Positions 10,633 through 20,248 of a DNA stretch of 64,000 bases are shown here, piece by piece; within the stretch, counting starts at the first letter, position 1; each line of letters begins with the position of its first letter. The notes beneath the pieces are model-generated. The model was not told the origin of the DNA. It did not search any database and saw only the letters and a program-made list of their open reading frames with translations. Source of the DNA: Candidatus Kerfeldbacteria bacterium (GTDB taxonomy: Bacteria; Patescibacteriota; Patescibacteriia; UBA10025; JAHIVO01); contig CP181398.1 of assembly GCA_047946875.1 (NCBI GenBank), positions 79,154 through 143,153 of the forward strand, written 5' to 3'. The translations under genes and the position numbers were made by a program.

Positions 10633-11004
10633 ATGTCAACAACTGATAAAAAATCAACACAGCCTCAAGATAAAAAAATAAAAGCTTCTGAAGATGAAAT
10701 TCAACAGCGTGTGCGTATTCGAATTCGTGCTTACGATCATAAAATAATTGATCAATGTACAAAGAATATTTTAGAAACGGCTATTAGAACTGGTGCTCAA
10801 ACAAAAGGACCTGTACCATTGCCAACAGAAAAGAAGAAACACACAGTTAATAGATCAACGTTTGTACATAAAGATGCTAGAGAACAGTATGAGATGAGAA
10901 TTCACAAACGATTAGTTGATATAATAAATCCGACGCCTAAGACAATAGATGCAATGATGAGTTTGAATTTACCGGCTGGAGTTGATGTAGAAATCAAAAT
11001 GTAA
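10633..11004 (+). CDS. rpsJ: 30S ribosomal protein S10 (with ~20-aa N-terminal extension)
   Basis: [14 protein letters not shown]...[32 protein letters not shown] is the S10 core. Confidence 0.9.
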   Translation: MSTTDKKSTQPQDKKIKASEDEIQQRVRIRIRAYDHKIIDQCTKNILETAIRTGAQTKGPVPLPTEKKKHTVNRSTFVHKDAREQYEMRIHKRLVDIINPTPKTIDAMMSLNLPAGVDVEIKM

Positions 11005-11122
11005 AAATAACAATTTAATATTAAGTAAGTAGGTTCTAAGGACAATAATACCAAAATCAGTAATTAATCCTTAGATAACGATTTGCTAGATAAGATAACC
11101 GGTATATAGACCGGTATTCCCA

Positions 11123-11156
11123 AATCTGGCAGTGAATAAATAACCAGATTTTTTTG
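11123..11156 (+). terminator. terminator/attenuator-like hairpin between rpsJ and rplC
   Basis: aatctgg - 14-nt loop - ccagatt followed by TTTTT. Preceded by an accggt-atatag-accggt hairpin at 11098-11115. Confidence 0.35.
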
Positions 11157-11185
11157 TATAGTAAAGCTATATATAAGCATAAAAT

Positions 11186-11944
11186 ATGAAATTCATTTTA
11201 GCTAAAAAAATTGAAATGACTCAGAGATTCCAAGAAGATGGAAAAGTAAATCCAGTAACTATTGTTGAAGGCGGTCCATGTGTAATTTCTCAAATAAAAA
11301 CTAATGATAAAGAAGGTTATTCTTCTGTTCAATTAGGATTTGGTGAGAAAAAGAAAATTATCAAATCACAAGCTGGTCATTTAAAAAAGTTAGGTAACGC
11401 TAGATATTTAAAAGAATTTAGAATAGACGAAGTAGATTCTTTGAAAAGAGGACAAATAATTACTACAGAAACTTTTGAAGTAGGTGATATAGTAGAAGTA
11501 ATTGGCACTTCGAAAGGTAAGGGTTTTCAAGGTGTTGTAAAGAGACATGGTTTTAAAGGCGGTCGTGGTTCACATGGTGATAAAGATCAATTACGTATGC
11601 CAGGTTCAATTGGTGCTACCGATGCTGCTAGAGTTTTTAAAGGTAAGCGAATGGGTGGACATATGGGCGATGATAGAGTAACTGTTAAAAATCTAGAGAT
11701 TATTGAAATTGATGCAACAAAAAATCATATATATATAAAAGGTGCAGTACCAGGTGCTAGAGGTAGTTTGATTCATATTATAGCGCCAGGTGATCTAAAA
11801 ATTACTGAAGCAAAAGAAGTTAAATCAAAAGATCGTGCTGAAAAGAAAGAAGAAGCAGAAGTTGTTGAGCAACCTAAAAAAGAAGAGAAAATATTAGAAA
11901 AACCAGCTAAGGAAGTAAAAAAAGAAGAGACTCCAAAAAAATAA
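11186..11944 (+). CDS. rplC: 50S ribosomal protein L3 (with Lys/Glu-rich C-terminal tail)
   Basis: L3 core (..GKGFQGVVKRHGFKGG..). About 60-aa KE-rich C-terminal extension. Confidence 0.9.
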   Translation: MKFILAKKIEMTQRFQEDGKVNPVTIVEGGPCVISQIKTNDKEGYSSVQLGFGEKKKIIKSQAGHLKKLGNARYLKEFRIDEVDSLKRGQIITTETFEVGDIVEVIGTSKGKGFQGVVKRHGFKGGRGSHGDKDQLRMPGSIGATDAARVFKGKRMGGHMGDDRVTVKNLEIIEIDATKNHIYIKGAVPGARGSLIHIIAPGDLKITEAKEVKSKDRAEKKEEAEVVEQPKKEEKILEKPAKEVKKEETPKK

Positions 11945-11947
11945 GTT

Positions 11948-12580
11948 ATGACTAAATTAAAAGTATACAATCAAACAGGAAAACCAGTTGGCGAAGTTAA
12001 GTTGAACGCAAAAATTTTTGGAGTAGAATTAAATCCTGAATTGGTACAGCAAGCCGTAAGAACACAAAATGCAAATTCAAGAATTGTAATAGCTCATACT
12101 AAGACCAGAGGAGAAGTAAGAGGTGGCGGTAAAAAGCCTTGGAAACAAAAAGGTACTGGTAGAGCTAGACACGGATCTTCAAGATCTCCAATCTGGAAAG
12201 GTGGCGGTGTAACATTCGGACCACGTAAAGATAGAAATTATAGTATTAAAATAAATAAAAAAGCTAAAAGAAAAGCATTATTTATGTCATTGAGTGCTAA
12301 AGCATCTGATACTTTAATAACTGTTGTTGATAAAATTGATATGCCAGCTATTAAAACAAAAGAAATTACTACAATGATAGCAAAGTTAAATTTAAATAAG
12401 TCAGTTTTAGTGGTATTACCAAAAAGTGATGCAAAAATAATCAAATCAATTAAAAACATTCCAAAAGTTACTGCTATCAATGCAAATAGTTTAAATATAA
12501 TGGATGTATTAAAATATAATAATTTATTAGTATTAAAAGATAGTCTTGCTGTTATTGATAAAACTTTTTTAAGCGAATAA
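11948..12580 (+). CDS. rplD: 50S ribosomal protein L4
   Basis: L4 conserved core KPWKQKGTGRARHGS, in the expected operon position. Confidence 0.9.
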   Translation: MTKLKVYNQTGKPVGEVKLNAKIFGVELNPELVQQAVRTQNANSRIVIAHTKTRGEVRGGGKKPWKQKGTGRARHGSSRSPIWKGGGVTFGPRKDRNYSIKINKKAKRKALFMSLSAKASDTLITVVDKIDMPAIKTKEITTMIAKLNLNKSVLVVLPKSDAKIIKSIKNIPKVTAINANSLNIMDVLKYNNLLVLKDSLAVIDKTFLSE

Positions 12581-12584
12581 TAAT

Positions 12585-13061
12585 ATGGGAATTTTAGATA
12601 AATTAATTGGAAAAGCCGACAAACCTAAGGCTTCTAGTAAAGAAGAAAAAAAGCCAAAAGTTGAAGAAAAAGAAGTTGAGAGAGAATCAGTAATGACTCC
12701 TGATGGAAAATTAGTCAATGTTCCTAAAAAAGAAACTGGTAAGAAAAAAAAGATTAAAACTAAAAAAGAAGATACTGGTGATGCATATAAAGTTTTAATC
12801 AAACCGATGGTAACTGAGAAAGGTTCTTATTTAGGTGTAAACAATCAATATGTATTTGAGGTTTCAGTAAATACTAATAAGATTGAGGTAAAAAAAGCTA
12901 TTAAACAAGTATATGGCGTAATGCCAATAAATGTAAATACAATTAATGTTTCAGGAAAAAAAATACGATACGGTAAAACTGAAGGGAAGACAAAAAATTG
13001 GAAAAAAGCAATTATCACATTAGCAAAAGGGGATAAGATAGAAATACAAGAAGGTCTTTAG
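12585..13061 (+). CDS. rplW: 50S ribosomal protein L23 (with ~60-aa Lys-rich N-terminal extension)
   Basis: C-terminal L23 fold (KPMVTEKGSYL...YVFEVS...KKAIKQVYGV) at the expected position. Confidence 0.85.
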   Translation: MGILDKLIGKADKPKASSKEEKKPKVEEKEVERESVMTPDGKLVNVPKKETGKKKKIKTKKEDTGDAYKVLIKPMVTEKGSYLGVNNQYVFEVSVNTNKIEVKKAIKQVYGVMPINVNTINVSGKKIRYGKTEGKTKNWKKAIITLAKGDKIEIQEGL

Positions 13062-13080
13062 ATAAATAGAACTATAATAT

Positions 13081-13929
13081 ATGGCAATTAGAAAATTAAA
13101 ACCAACTACTCCAGGAAGAAGAAAAGCATCAGTCGTAGATTATTCTATTTTGACGAAGAAAAGACCTGAAAAGAAATTAATTGAAGCAAAAAAAAGAAAA
13201 GCCGGAAGAAATAATAGAGGTAAAATTACTGTCAGACATAGGGGTGGTGGACATAAAAAGTTTTACAGAATATTAGATAGTAAAAGAATAGACTTTGATA
13301 AAATAGCTAAGGTAATTGCATTAGAGTATGATCCAAATAGAACTGCCTGGATTGCTTTAATACAGTATGAGGATGGTAAGAAAAGCTACATGATTGCTCC
13401 AAATGATTTAAGAGTTGGCGATAAAATTGTTTCTTCAAAAAAAGAAGCAGAAATTAAATCAGGAAATAGATTACCATTAGAAAAAATTCCAGTTGGAATT
13501 ATGGTTCATGATATTGAAATTCGTCCAGATACAAAAGCTACTATGGTTAGATCAGCTGGAACAGGAGCAATAATTCAATCAGTAGAAGGAGAACAGGCTC
13601 AAATCAAATTACCTTCAGGTGAAATAAGAATATTTAGCAAAAATTGTTTAGCAACGATAGGGCAAGTTTCAAACATTGACCATAAAAATGCTAGATTGGG
13701 TAAAGCTGGAAAAACGAGATGGAAAGGTATACGTCCTACTGTAACTGGTAAATCCATGAATCCCGTAGATCATCCTCATGGTGGTGGTGAAGGACATACT
13801 CCTATTGGCTTGAAACATCCTAAAACTCCTTGGGGCAAACCTGCAATCGGTGTTAAGACTAGAAAAAAAGGAAAACAATCAGATAAATTTATTATAAAAA
13901 GAAGAAAAGTAAAAAGTAAGAAGAATTAA
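13081..13929 (+). CDS. rplB: 50S ribosomal protein L2
   Basis: Canonical L2 sequence (..[13 protein letters not shown]..). Confidence 0.95.
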   Translation: MAIRKLKPTTPGRRKASVVDYSILTKKRPEKKLIEAKKRKAGRNNRGKITVRHRGGGHKKFYRILDSKRIDFDKIAKVIALEYDPNRTAWIALIQYEDGKKSYMIAPNDLRVGDKIVSSKKEAEIKSGNRLPLEKIPVGIMVHDIEIRPDTKATMVRSAGTGAIIQSVEGEQAQIKLPSGEIRIFSKNCLATIGQVSNIDHKNARLGKAGKTRWKGIRPTVTGKSMNPVDHPHGGGEGHTPIGLKHPKTPWGKPAIGVKTRKKGKQSDKFIIKRRKVKSKKN

Positions 13930-13938
13930 TATAATTTT

Positions 13939-14262
13939 ATGTCACGAAGTTTAAAAAAAGGACCATTTACTGATCCAAAATTATTAAAAAAGATTTCAAA
14001 TTTAAAGCAAGGTGATAAAACCGTTATTAAAACATGGTCACGTTCATCTGCAATTAGTCCAGAAATGATTGGTTTTACATTCGGAGTGCATAATGGTAAA
14101 GATCATATTAATGTTACAATTGTAGAAAATATGGTAGGACATAAATTAGGAGAATTCGCATTAACTAAAAAATTTGTTAAACATGGTGGGCGTATGCAAA
14201 AAGATGCTGAAATGGCTGCTGCAGAAGCTCAAAAGAAAGAATCAGTCGCTGCCAAGGAGTAA
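13939..14262 (+). CDS. rpsS: 30S ribosomal protein S19
   Basis: [10 protein letters not shown]...HNGK is canonical. Confidence 0.95.
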   Translation: MSRSLKKGPFTDPKLLKKISNLKQGDKTVIKTWSRSSAISPEMIGFTFGVHNGKDHINVTIVENMVGHKLGEFALTKKFVKHGGRMQKDAEMAAAEAQKKESVAAKE

Positions 14263-14274
14263 TAATATAAATAT

Positions 14275-14850
14275 ATGGAAGTAGTAGCAAAATTAAGATA
14301 TTTAAGAACATCCCCTAAAAAAGTAAGGTTAGTTATAGATTTGATTAGAGGTTTAGAGGTAACTGCCGCTGAACATCAATTAACTTTTTTAAACAAGGGA
14401 TCATCTCTAACTGTGTTGAAATTGTTAAAATCAGCAATTGCTAATGCAACTAATAATTTTAAATTATCAGAAGATAATTTATATATTAAGAAGATTACAG
14501 TTGATCAAGGACCGACTCTAAAAAGATGGAGCGCTAGAGCATTTGGACGTGCTTCAGAAATCAGAAAAAAATCTTCACATATTACAATAGTATTAGATGA
14601 AATTAAACCATCTACGAAAAAGACAGATAAAGATGGTAAAGTAACAAAAAAAGCTACAAAGAAAACTATTACTAAAACTAAAGATAAAAAAACAAAACAA
14701 CCAGTAGTGGGGTATGATGATATTAAGCAAGAATCAAAATTTGATAAAGAAGAAAAAGATATTGATACAAAAGGTGAAAATCAAAGCAAACCAATTTCAA
14801 CAAATAATAAAGCACAAGATAAATTTAGTAGAAAATTAGGTGAAAGATAA
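14275..14850 (+). CDS. rplV: 50S ribosomal protein L22 (with ~80-aa C-terminal Lys-rich extension)
   Basis: N-terminal 110 aa match L22; the tail is KT/KD-rich. Confidence 0.9.
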   Translation: MEVVAKLRYLRTSPKKVRLVIDLIRGLEVTAAEHQLTFLNKGSSLTVLKLLKSAIANATNNFKLSEDNLYIKKITVDQGPTLKRWSARAFGRASEIRKKSSHITIVLDEIKPSTKKTDKDGKVTKKATKKTITKTKDKKTKQPVVGYDDIKQESKFDKEEKDIDTKGENQSKPISTNNKAQDKFSRKLGER

Positions 14851-14852
14851 AT

Positions 14853-15515
14853 ATGGGACATAAAGTACATCCAAAAGCATTTAGACTAGGTATTTCAGGT
14901 GATTGGAAATCAAAGTGGTTTTCAGATAAAAATTACGCTGAATTTTTAGAGCAGGATATTAAAATACGAAAATATTTAGCAAAAAAAATGAAGGACGCTG
15001 GAATTTCTCATATTGATGTTGAAAGAGCTAATGATGAGTTAACAGTTAATCTGTATACTTCTAAACCAGGTTTAGTAATCGGGCGAGGTGGAGCTGGTAG
15101 TGAAGAATTAAAAAAAGATGTTAAAAAGAAATTTCTAGATAAAAAAACTAAATTTAATTTAAATATTCACGAAGTTAAAAATCCTTTACAAAATGCTCAA
15201 CTAGTATGTCAAAATATTATTGAACAGCTTGAAAAGAGAATGCCTTTCAGACGAGCTGCAAAGAGATCTATTGAACAGGTTATGCAAACTGGCGTAAAAG
15301 GAGTCAAGATAACTGTTGGTGGACGTTTAAATGGTGCTGAGATTGCTAGAAAAGAAAAGTTTAGTGAAGGTTCTATCCCACTTCATACCTTAAGAGCGGA
15401 TATTGATTATGGTCGTGGTGTAGCTGGAACTACTTATGGTGCTATTGGAGTCAAAGTGTGGATTTATAAAGGTGAAATATTTAAAAAAGAAGCTCAAGAT
15501 AAAAACAGTAAATAA
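14853..15515 (+). CDS. rpsC: 30S ribosomal protein S3
   Basis: [14 protein letters not shown]..., KH domain. Confidence 0.95.
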   Translation: MGHKVHPKAFRLGISGDWKSKWFSDKNYAEFLEQDIKIRKYLAKKMKDAGISHIDVERANDELTVNLYTSKPGLVIGRGGAGSEELKKDVKKKFLDKKTKFNLNIHEVKNPLQNAQLVCQNIIEQLEKRMPFRRAAKRSIEQVMQTGVKGVKITVGGRLNGAEIARKEKFSEGSIPLHTLRADIDYGRGVAGTTYGAIGVKVWIYKGEIFKKEAQDKNSK

Positions 15516-15517
15516 TT

Positions 15518-15928
15518 ATGTTAATTCCTAAAAAAGTAAAACATCGAAAATGGCATAAAGGACGCATGAGAGGACATGCTACTTCAATGAACAAACTTGA
15601 TTTTGGGAGTTATGGTTTGAAAGCAATGGGTAGATCATGGATTTCTTCTAGACAGATAGAATCAGCTCGTAGAGCAATGACAAGATTTATTAACAAAGGT
15701 GGCAAGATATGGATAAGAATTTTTCCTGACAAGCCAGTCACAACACATGGCTCTGAAGTACCTATGGGTGGTGGTAAAGGTAATGTAGATCATTATGTAG
15801 CAGTAGTGAAACCGGGGACAGTCATGTTTGAAATGGATGGAGTAGAAGAAAAAATGGCAAAAGAAGCTATGAGATTAGCAGCACATAAACTTTCTGTTAA
15901 AACAAAATTTATAACAAAGGATCAATAA
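15518..15928 (+). CDS. rplP: 50S ribosomal protein L16
   Basis: [19 protein letters not shown] is canonical. Confidence 0.95.
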   Translation: MLIPKKVKHRKWHKGRMRGHATSMNKLDFGSYGLKAMGRSWISSRQIESARRAMTRFINKGGKIWIRIFPDKPVTTHGSEVPMGGGKGNVDHYVAVVKPGTVMFEMDGVEEKMAKEAMRLAAHKLSVKTKFITKDQ

Positions 15929-15929
15929 A

Positions 15930-16151
15930 ATGGACGTTAAAGAATTAAGAAAAAAATCAGATATAGATTTAATAAAGTTGCTCAAATTAAATAGAGAGCA
16001 CTCAAGGGATTTACGTTTCAGAATTTCAGCTAAACAACATAAAGATGTTAGAGATTTGCGTCAGGTAAAGAAAGTAATTGCTAGAATTAGAACTGTTCAA
16101 AAAGAAAAAATAATTATAAATAAAATTAAGAAGACTAACGTAATTAAATAG
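15930..16151 (+). CDS. rpmC: 50S ribosomal protein L29
   Basis: MDVKELRKKSDIDLIKLLKLNREH..DLRF at the expected position. Confidence 0.8.
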   Translation: MDVKELRKKSDIDLIKLLKLNREHSRDLRFRISAKQHKDVRDLRQVKKVIARIRTVQKEKIIINKIKKTNVIK

Positions 16152-16160
16152 TAATTTTAT

Positions 16161-16412
16161 ATGGAAACAACAATAAAAGTTAGAAAACTAAAAGGTGTGG
16201 TTGTAAGTGATAAGATGGATAAAACTGTTGTTGTTTTGGTCACAAGAATTAAAAAACATCCTAAATATTCCAAACAGTATAAGTCAAGTAAGAAATATCA
16301 AGTTCATGATCAAAATAATGAATTTAAAATAGGAGATAAAGTAGAATTTATAGCAGTAAGACCAATAAGCAAAGTGAAAAGATGGAAAGTTGTTACTAAA
16401 CAAACAAATTAA
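16161..16412 (+). CDS. rpsQ: 30S ribosomal protein S17
   Basis: [14 protein letters not shown]...KYQVHD is canonical. Confidence 0.9.
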   Translation: METTIKVRKLKGVVVSDKMDKTVVVLVTRIKKHPKYSKQYKSSKKYQVHDQNNEFKIGDKVEFIAVRPISKVKRWKVVTKQTN

Positions 16413-16423
16413 GTTGTGAATAT

Positions 16424-16795
16424 ATGATTCAAGTACAGACAAGATTAAAAGTAGCTGATAACACTGGGGCCAAAAAAGTTACGGTCATCAAGGTGTTGGG
16501 TGGTTATAAAAAACGTTATGCTAGAATAGGTGATATTGTAACAATCACTGTAAAAGAAGCTGTGCCGCATGCTATGGTTAAGAAGAGTGAAGTATTACGT
16601 ATGGTAATTGTAAGACAAAGAAAAGAAATAAGAAGACCTGATGGATCTTATATAAGGTTTGATGATAATGCTGGAGTTATAATTGATAAGGAAACAAAAG
16701 AACCACGTGGTACTAGAATATTTGGACCAGTAGCTAGAGAACTAAGAAACAAAGGTTATATGAAAATTATTTCATTAGCTCCAGAAGTATTATAA
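16424..16795 (+). CDS. rplN: 50S ribosomal protein L14
   Basis: [17 protein letters not shown] is canonical. Confidence 0.95.
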   Translation: MIQVQTRLKVADNTGAKKVTVIKVLGGYKKRYARIGDIVTITVKEAVPHAMVKKSEVLRMVIVRQRKEIRRPDGSYIRFDDNAGVIIDKETKEPRGTRIFGPVARELRNKGYMKIISLAPEVL

Positions 16796-16799
16796 TATT

Positions 16800-17108
16800 A
16801 TGAAAATTAAAAAAAACGACATTGTAACAGTTATTGCCGGTAAGGATAAAGGCAAAAAAGGGAAAGTACTTCAGGTATTTACTGAAAAAGAATTATTGGT
16901 GGTAGAGGGAATGAATATGATGGCCAAGAATGTGCGACCAAAAAAACAAGGTGCAAAAGGTCAGGTTGTCAGATATAACGCTCCAATGAATGTTTCTAAA
17001 GTTATGTTATTTTGTTCAAAATGTAATAAGCCAGTAAGAACTGAATCGTTAATTTCAAAAGACGGAAAGAAATCTAGAATTTGTAAAAAGTGTAAACAAG
17101 TTATCTAA
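16800..17108 (+). CDS. rplX: 50S ribosomal protein L24 with C-terminal C4 zinc-ribbon extension
   Basis: KOW motif IKKNDIVTVIAGKDKGKKGKV, followed by CSKC-x17-CKKC. Confidence 0.85.
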   Translation: MKIKKNDIVTVIAGKDKGKKGKVLQVFTEKELLVVEGMNMMAKNVRPKKQGAKGQVVRYNAPMNVSKVMLFCSKCNKPVRTESLISKDGKKSRICKKCKQVI

Positions 17109-17117
17109 AATAAATAT

Positions 17118-17657
17118 ATGTCAAGACTTAAAGAACTATATAAAAAACAAGTAATTCCAGCCATGAAGAAAAAATTTGGCTATACCAATGATTTGGCTGT
17201 GCCAAAATTATTAAAAGTAACTATTAACAGTGGTACTAGTAAAGCTTTGAAAGATGATAAATTTTTAGATACGGTTGTTGATACATTAACTAGAATAAGT
17301 GGACAAAAAGTTGTATTAACAAAAGCAAAAAAATCAGTAGCAGCATTCAAAATTAGAGAAGGTATGACAGTTGGTGTAAAAGTAGATTTACGTGGAGCGC
17401 GTATGTATGATTTTGTAGATAAATTTGTAAATGTTAGCATGGCTCGTATAAGAGATTTTAGGGGGATAGATAAAAAAAGTGTAGGTAGTGATGGTAATTT
17501 ATCAATTGGTTTCAAAGAACATATAGTATTCCCAGAAATTAAATCTGATGAAATTGAAAAAATTCATGGACTAGAAGTAGTAATATCAAATTCAGCAAAA
17601 ACAAGAGAAGAAGGTTTAGAATTATTAACTTTATTAGGATTTCCTTTCATTAAATAA
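17118..17657 (+). CDS. rplE: 50S ribosomal protein L5
   Basis: Canonical L5. Confidence 0.95.
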   Translation: MSRLKELYKKQVIPAMKKKFGYTNDLAVPKLLKVTINSGTSKALKDDKFLDTVVDTLTRISGQKVVLTKAKKSVAAFKIREGMTVGVKVDLRGARMYDFVDKFVNVSMARIRDFRGIDKKSVGSDGNLSIGFKEHIVFPEIKSDEIEKIHGLEVVISNSAKTREEGLELLTLLGFPFIK

Positions 17658-17662
17658 CCAAT

Positions 17663-17848
17663 ATGGCAAAAGTATCACAAATTGCAAAATCAAATAAAAA
17701 ACCTAAATTTTCTTCAAGAATTGTAAGAAGATGCTGGCGTTGTGGAAGAAGACGTGGTTATATGCGTGAATTTAACCTATGCAGAATCTGTTTTAGAGAA
17801 TTAGCAAATAATGGAGAAATACCAGGTATAAAAAAATCTAGCTGGTAA
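17663..17848 (+). CDS. rpsZ: 30S ribosomal protein S14 type Z (zinc-binding)
   Basis: The 61-aa sequence carries CWRCGRRRGY...CRICFRE. Confidence 0.9.
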   Translation: MAKVSQIAKSNKKPKFSSRIVRRCWRCGRRRGYMREFNLCRICFRELANNGEIPGIKKSSW

Positions 17849-17880
17849 TAATTAATTAATATTTATTAAAGTTTTAAGGT

Positions 17881-18273
17881 ATGACCGATCCAATCGCGGA
17901 CATGTTAACAAGAATAAGAAATGCTTCTATAATTCATAAAGATGAAGTCTTGATTCCTTTCTCGAAAATTAAGTATGAAGTTGCAAAAATTTTAGAAAAA
18001 GAAGGATTTGTAAAAGAAATCAAAGAAATTGATAAAGAAAAAATTACAAGCAATATCCATATAGTTTTGAAATACAAAGGAAAGACAGCAGTTATTCGAG
18101 GAATCAAAAAAATTAGCAAACCTGGTTTAAGAATCTATAAAGGACATAAAGAAATTCCTAGATTGTTACCATCCTTGGGATTGCTAATAGTTTCTACTTC
18201 AAGTGGATTGATGACAAACATTGATGCAAAAAAGAAAAAGATGGGCGGAGAAATACTTTGTGAAATATTTTAA
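17881..18273 (+). CDS. rpsH: 30S ribosomal protein S8
   Basis: MTDPIADMLTRIRNA is canonical. Confidence 0.95.
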   Translation: MTDPIADMLTRIRNASIIHKDEVLIPFSKIKYEVAKILEKEGFVKEIKEIDKEKITSNIHIVLKYKGKTAVIRGIKKISKPGLRIYKGHKEIPRLLPSLGLLIVSTSSGLMTNIDAKKKKMGGEILCEIF

Positions 18274-18289
18274 TTTAAATTAGAGATAT

Positions 18290-18838
18290 ATGTCAAGAAT
18301 CGGAAAAAAACCAATAACTATAGCAAAAGACGTTGAAGTAAAAATTGATGGTCAACATGTTTTTGTAAAAGGTCCAAAAGGAACTTTGGAGAATGATTTT
18401 CATAGAAGAGTAATAATTGAAATGAAAGAAAATGAGATTTTAGTAACTGTTAAGTTGCCTGAAGAAAAAAAATCTAGAGAATTATGGGGTTTAACAAGGA
18501 TGCTAATTTCTAATATGGTAGAAGGTGTAACTAAGGGTTTTGAAAAACAATTAGAAATAAATGGGGTTGGATATAAAGCTGAAAGTTCAGGTAAAAAGAT
18601 TACTATTCATGCAGGATATTCTCATCCAGTAGATTTAGAAGCACCAGAGGGGATAGAAGTAAAAGTTGAAAAAAATATAATTACAGTTTCTGGTATTAAC
18701 AAACAGGCCGTTGGTCAATTTTCTGCACAAATAAGAGAGGTTAGAAAACCAGAGCCATACAAAGGTAAGGGTATTAAATATGTTACTGAGATAATTCGAA
18801 GAAAAGCTGGTAAAGTAGTTAAAGCAGCCGGTGCTTAA
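18290..18838 (+). CDS. rplF: 50S ribosomal protein L6
   Basis: MSRIGKKPITI is canonical. Confidence 0.95.
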   Translation: MSRIGKKPITIAKDVEVKIDGQHVFVKGPKGTLENDFHRRVIIEMKENEILVTVKLPEEKKSRELWGLTRMLISNMVEGVTKGFEKQLEINGVGYKAESSGKKITIHAGYSHPVDLEAPEGIEVKVEKNIITVSGINKQAVGQFSAQIREVRKPEPYKGKGIKYVTEIIRRKAGKVVKAAGA

Positions 18839-18853
18839 TAATAAAATATATAT

Positions 18854-19213
18854 ATGAAAGATGTAAATAAAGATAAAGATGTAAGAAAAAGTCGTCGTAA
18901 AAGAAAAGTACGAGCTAAAGTATTTGGTACCAAAAAACGACCTAGAGCTTCAGTAAAAAGAAGTTTAAAACATATTTCTGTACAAATTATTGATGATGAT
19001 AAAGGACATACATTAATATCAACTACTGATATCGAATTAAAAAATAAAAAACTTAGTGGCATAAAAATTGCCAAAGAAGTAGGTATGACAGCTGCTAAGA
19101 AAGCTAAAGAAGCTAAAATTACAGAAATTGTATTTGATAGAAAAGGTAATAAATACCACGGAAGAGTCAAAGCTTTAGCAGAAGGCCTTAGAGAGGGCGG
19201 CTTAAAATTTTAA
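18854..19213 (+). CDS. rplR: 50S ribosomal protein L18
   Basis: Operon position and conserved L18 C-terminus (..[18 protein letters not shown]..). Confidence 0.9.
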   Translation: MKDVNKDKDVRKSRRKRKVRAKVFGTKKRPRASVKRSLKHISVQIIDDDKGHTLISTTDIELKNKKLSGIKIAKEVGMTAAKKAKEAKITEIVFDRKGNKYHGRVKALAEGLREGGLKF

Positions 19214-19231
19214 GAAACGATAATAAATATT

Positions 19232-19726
19232 ATGAGAGATTTTAAAGGAAAAAGACGTTCGAATAAAGAGAAAGACGAATTTGATCAAAAATTGATTGAT
19301 ATAGCTCGTGTTACTAGAGTTATGGCTGGTGGAAAAAGAATGAGCTTCAGAGCTTGTGTAGTTATTGGAGATAAAAAGGGAAGAGTTGCAATGGGTTTAA
19401 GAAAGGGAGTTGATGTTTCTATTGCAATTAATAAAGCAGTAAATGCCGCAAAGAAAAAAATTATTAAAGTAAATATTATTAATGATACGATACCAGGTGA
19501 AATAAGAGAGAAATTTGGAGCCGCTGTAGTTATGTTGAAACCAGCTCCAAAAGGTACTGGGGTAATCGCTGGTGGAGCAGTTAGATCTGTTTTAGAACTT
19601 GCAGGTGTAAAAAATGTAGTATCAAAAATGTTAGGATCTCATAATAAAATTAATAATGTTCATGCTACTATTAATGCACTAGAAAAAGCAAAAGATATTA
19701 AACAGTTGAGAGAATTACGAAAATAA
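19232..19726 (+). CDS. rpsE: 30S ribosomal protein S5
   Basis: dsRBD plus S5 C-terminal domain (..VVIGDKKGRVAMGLRKG..). Confidence 0.95.
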   Translation: MRDFKGKRRSNKEKDEFDQKLIDIARVTRVMAGGKRMSFRACVVIGDKKGRVAMGLRKGVDVSIAINKAVNAAKKKIIKVNIINDTIPGEIREKFGAAVVMLKPAPKGTGVIAGGAVRSVLELAGVKNVVSKMLGSHNKINNVHATINALEKAKDIKQLRELRK

Positions 19727-19727
19727 T

Positions 19728-20243
19728 ATGACATTATCATTATCAAATTTAAAGACCAGTAAAAAACGAAAATCTAAACGGGTTGGACGTGGTAATGCTT
19801 CTGGTCGTGGTACTTATTCTAGTCGTGGTATGAAGGGTCAACGATCAAGATCTGGTGGTAAGAATAAATTAAAAAGAAAAGGTTTGAAACAGTTTTTATC
19901 TCAGATTCCTAAATCACGAGGTTTTAGAAGTATCCATCCTTCATATGAAATTGTAAATATTAAACAATTAGAAAATAAGTTTAAAGATGGTGATATTATT
20001 AATATAAATGTCTTAACAAAAATCGGTTTAGTAAGTACAAAAAAAACTGGAGTTAAAATTTTAGGTCATGGCGAATTTAAGACAAAATTAAATGTATTTG
20101 CTAATAGTTTCTCAAAAAGCGCAGAAAATGCTATAAAGAAGGCTGGCGGTACTATAAATATTATTATTACACAGAAGCAGAAGGAAAAAGCTGCTGGTAA
20201 AATAGCAAAAGAAGAAAGAGCTAAAAAAAAGGGAAATAAATAA
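19728..20243 (+). CDS. rplO: 50S ribosomal protein L15
   Basis: Gly/Arg-rich N-terminus (GRGNASGRGTYSSRGMKGQRSRSGG). Starts 1 nt after the rpsE stop, leaving no room for rpmD (L30). Confidence 0.9.
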   Translation: MTLSLSNLKTSKKRKSKRVGRGNASGRGTYSSRGMKGQRSRSGGKNKLKRKGLKQFLSQIPKSRGFRSIHPSYEIVNIKQLENKFKDGDIININVLTKIGLVSTKKTGVKILGHGEFKTKLNVFANSFSKSAENAIKKAGGTINIIITQKQKEKAAGKIAKEERAKKKGNK

Positions 20244-20248
20244 ATCCT

